From Octopus bimaculoides (lineage: Eukaryota): 53,927 bases of DNA. Made by a program: the position numbers and the translations under genes. The notes beneath the pieces were generated by a model. The model ran no database searches. It was not told where the DNA came from and was given only the letters and a program-made list of their open reading frames with translations. This document shows, piece after piece, positions 50,302 through 53,927 of this stretch. The stretch lies in assembly GCF_001194135.2 (NCBI RefSeq), contig NC_069001.1, positions 37,227,090 through 37,281,016 on the forward strand, read 5' to 3'. Position 1 is the stretch's first letter. Each line of letters starts with the position of its first letter.

Positions 50302-51157
50302 GGAATCCGGCCTTCGGCTACAAACGTTACCCCTGTTCTGCGGTGAGTTTTTGACCCATTGAAATTTTTCAAATTTATTTGTTTGATGCATAAGCTAACA
50401 AGTCATATTTATCTCATGTGCTATAATATATTTATATTCAATATTGTAACACACACACACACACACGCATATATATATAATTATGACAGAAAAGGGAAAT
50501 AATGAAAGCTTCTAACAATGCAGACAGTTTTACAAAAAATGTTTCTATTTCGGGCGCAAAAGTATATCTTTAAAAGAAAGCAATCCAAGATATGTATACA
50601 CACAGTAATTTTCTCCAATAGCACGACCACCATTCCTAGTTCCTAAAAAAGCTGTGATTCATACGAGGTATACTTATTGGGTTTTTTCTCATTGAAACAT
50701 CGTCTCTACTTTCATCACTGTAATGTGTCTTACATGATAATCTGTTATAAAACGTGTTACTTTAAAACAAACTGACTTCTTTGTCAAACAGGATTGACCT
50801 ATGACTGAACAACCACAGATTGCTTTTTCTGGACATAGGGGCTAATGTTATCGTCCTTTGGTGTGTAGTTAGGACAGTATGAGGGTGGAACTGTAATCTG
50901 TGACTTAATCTAGATCTGTCGTTATCGTGTTGATTTCTTATAGTTACTGTCAGTTATGGGCCTTGATAAGGCTTTCTCGAATTTTACTGCAGTTCCCTTG
51001 ATATGTATACACACACACACACACACACACCCAGTAGTCCCCCGGTATTTGCAGGGGTTACGTTTCTACAACACCCGTGAATAATGAAAAACAGCGAATA
51101 TGGGACGCGGTCCATAAAAATGCCTATAAATGTGAAAATATAACGTAATTTATATAC

Positions 51158-51382
51158 TTTTGTTTGTTTCAGTCGTTTGACTGCGGTCATGCCTGAGCAC
51201 CACCTTTAGTCGAGCGAATCGACCCCAGGACTTATTTTGGAAAGACTTCCGCCCCCCCCCCCTTTATTTAGTGGGGACGGGCAGAAGTCTTGCACTTATT
51301 TTTTGTAAGCCTAGTAGCTATTTTGCCGAACCGCTAAGTTTCGGGGACGTCAACACACCAGTATCGGTTAGCAAGCGATGTA
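51158..51382 (-). mobile_element. SINE carrying a 55-bp hairpin insert
   Basis: Matches 14505-14680 except for an insert at 51239-51293. Confidence 0.8.
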
Positions 51383-51589
51383 GTATATAGTGCTTTCGTT
51401 GACATCATAACAGCAACCTATAACTTTTACCTGACGAACTGTCCAACCCATGCCAGCATGGAAAACGGACGTTAAACGACGATGATGCGAATGGCAAACC
51501 GTGAATAAGTGGGGGTACACACACATACAAACAAGGACCTTGTTTCAGGAACGGGGAACAAACCATCTTTTGTCTTTCCTACAGAGCTA

Positions 51590-52310
51590 ATGGAATTCTT
51601 ACATGTCTCTCTACGGGCCAATGTGCATGTTGTAGTTCCATTACTTCAACCCCTTGAATGATTGAATAAATCTTTTCTAAGTATCACTGTCAGTCTAGGT
51701 GGCATGTTGCGTAGTGCCTCACACTGGTGCACGGGGAGCTAAAAAATCTATGCAGCGAAGAAAAATTTCAGGCAACAAAAGTGAAGAAAAATTTCAGGCA
51801 ACAAAAAGTTCTTAAAAGATACCTGGAAGGAAATGTGTTAAAATATCAACACTGTACTGTTTTTGATCATTACAGAGTGCAGTATTTGCAGGTAGTGCAT
51901 ACTGCAATAGCATGTTTGAAAGATTTTTTTTCTTCAGGTTTTAGAAGATTATGAAAAACTGAGCTACATTTTACTCAATGGAAATTTTTGTACTGAAATG
52001 ATCATGCAGTATTCAGAGTTTGATGAATTTTCTTTAAGGAACAATATATCATTTTATAGAAACCATCATAGTGGACCATCTCTTGAGGATCGTCATAAAT
52101 ATTCTGTGAAATGCAACCAGAAGTCCATCATATGTTTACAAATGTTGAGTGATTGCTCAGGTTACTTTGAGTGTTTCCAACCAGTTTTTTGTGAAGCTGA
52201 AAGATTTTTTAGTACTCTGCAGAGTCTCAAAATTTGGCTGTCATCAACCACGATTCAGCAATGGTTGAATCATATTCTAATATGCCACATTCATAGAGAT
52301 GTTTTGAAAA
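51590..52310 (+). mobile_element. hAT transposase relic (C-terminal dimerisation domain) in the Z9 intron
   Basis: CEAERFFSTLQSLKIWLSSTTIQQWLNHILICHIHRD matches the hAT ERxFS..R..M...RL..L motif; upstream QPLE.LNKSF..SLGGML. Confidence 0.8.
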
Positions 52311-53124
52311 AAAAAAAAAAAAGATTAGTTGTGAAGAAGTTGCTAAATTATTTATTGACAGCAATGATACAAAATATAATAAAAGTTCTAAAAGACCATA
52401 TTTTTTTCATATCTGAACTTCATTTGAATATATAAAATTTAATTAACATAAAATTTTACTCATGTGACTGGGTCTGGGAAAGGCATCATAAGCAATATTA
52501 ACATGCTCCTTTAAAAATAACAAATGTTGGTTTGTACCCCTCACATTTTTAAGGCAAATGAGAGACCTATATATATATTAGATGTGTGTGTGTGAGAGAA
52601 AGTCAAAATATGATGCCATAGTTTGTTTTACACAAGGTTGTACAATGCAATTTCAATAATCAGTTGAAATTTAATATTCACTTGTTGACCTCAATGTTTA
52701 TATTTACAGTTTATTAATGTAGAAACGTAGTAAATTTTCCACTATTCAATCTCTGCCTTTAAGTATCTCCTGTCTCTTATACTGTTTCTGTATTGTTTCA
52801 GAAGTAACAGATGACGTTGGTATAAAAGCATTTCTTACTTCAGAACGCATCCTCAATATCTATCACCTATAAAGAAAGACGCTATTCTAAATGAAATTTG
52901 TGTGATATATTTCTTATAAATTGAGGTTATTATATTATCAGCATTCTAAATTTTTCTACTTCACTGTCTGGAATATGTTTGAGTATGATTCGCATTCTGA
53001 TTAAACACGGATAATTTTCCAGAGGATTTCTATCATCCTCAGATATCAAGTAAGAGCGAAGTTGAAGGAGATTTCTTTAAAGGAATAAGGTTAAAATATA
53101 CGAATTGGTGAGAGAAGAACAATT

Positions 53125-53927
53125 ATGGAAAATACATTGAGTGAGACACCAATTACAATTAAGACAGAGATTGAAAGCATTGACATTTCTGATGGGATGT
53201 TGAATGAGATGAGAAAAACTTCAAACTACTGTGACATCTGTGGTAAATCATTTTCTCTAAAGAAATCTTTAACTACTCACAAACGTATTCATACAGGAGA
53301 GAAACCATATCAGTGTAATATCTGTGGTAAATCATTCATTTCAAGTAGTTACTTAACTACTCATATACGAACACATACAGGAGAGAAGCCTTATCACTGT
53401 GATATTTGTGGTAAATCATTTGCTCGAAGTCATCAGTTGACTGTCCATAAATACATTCACACAGGAGGGCAACCGTACCATTGTAATATCTGTGGTAAAT
53501 CAATGTCTTCGATTAGTAAATTAACAGTACACAAACGCTTTCATACTGGAGAGAAACCATTTCATTGTGGTAAATCATTCTCTATTAGTAGTCACTTAAC
53601 TACTCACAAATATATTCATACAGGAGTGAAACCATATCACTGTGATATCTGTGGTAAATCATTCTCTGTAGGAAGTAACCTAAATACTCACAAACGACTT
53701 CATACAGGAGAAAAGCCATACCACTGTGATATCTGTGGGAAAACATTATCTGATCAAGGCAACTTAACTAGTCACAAACGTATTCATACAGGAGAGAAAC
53801 GATACCTCTGTGATGTCTGTGGTAAATCATTTTCTCACAGTGGACAATTAACTGCTCACAAATGCATTCACACAAGAGACAAGTCACATATATGTGATAT
53901 CTGTGGTAAATCATTCTCTATTAGTAG
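53125..53927 (+). CDS. C2H2 zinc-finger protein Z9, partial (runs off the window end)
   Basis: ATG at 53125, [20 protein letters not shown]..., open to the end; at least 8 fingers, with finger 5 lacking its second Cys; not in the ORF track because it has no stop. Confidence 0.9.
   Translation, partial: MENTLSETPITIKTEIESIDISDGMLNEMRKTSNYCDICGKSFSLKKSLTTHKRIHTGEKPYQCNICGKSFISSSYLTTHIRTHTGEKPYHCDICGKSFARSHQLTVHKYIHTGGQPYHCNICGKSMSSISKLTVHKRFHTGEKPFHCGKSFSISSHLTTHKYIHTGVKPYHCDICGKSFSVGSNLNTHKRLHTGEKPYHCDICGKTLSDQGNLTSHKRIHTGEKRYLCDVCGKSFSHSGQLTAHKCIHTRDKSHICDICGKSFSIS

Noticed and set aside
43823-50372. Long ORFs containing X runs
   Set aside because: Artefacts of translating N gaps.
51757-51808. 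26-bp tandem duplication
   Set aside because: Real, but an ordinary slippage event inside a dead hAT relic.
2404-53927. Gene symbols, or KRAB/SCAN/BTB/ZAD domains
   Set aside because: No such domain is visible, and these lineage-specific arrays have no assignable orthologue. A coding upstream exon cannot be fully excluded without transcripts.

Overview
This is AT-rich eukaryotic genomic DNA with three N gaps. By repeat content and gene type it is most probably an octopus (coleoid cephalopod) assembly; that is an inference from recalled repeat families, not a database result. The window is a tandem cluster of nine C2H2 zinc-finger genes, each with its coding sequence apparently in a single exon. 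Two lie on the minus strand (Z1 2404-3852, Z2 10631-11947). Seven lie on the plus strand (Z3 17984, Z4 24981, Z5 in gap/30381, Z6 34916, Z7 42377, Z8 ~45862/45997, and Z9 53125, which runs off the window end and is absent from the ORF track). No KRAB, SCAN, BTB or ZAD domain is visible. The proteins have a short acidic leader carrying psi-K-x-E (SUMO-consensus) motifs, followed by 10-14 TGEKPY-linked fingers. The genes share a duplicated regulatory cassette, with some elements lost or degenerate in individual copies: a TGCGCATG(n5)CCGGAAG core-promoter-like motif, a conserved GAG|GTAT donor, one 5'UTR intron, a TTTCAG acceptor, and a 4-codon uORF in four paralogues. Paralogues are mosaics of finger types, and several have lost leaders, start codons or terminal fingers. 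Spacers and introns hold decayed RTE, BovB-like and CR1-like LINEs, Gypsy, mariner, hAT and Merlin relics, SINEs, MITEs, hairpins and microsatellites. All comparisons were made by eye; nothing was computed or searched.
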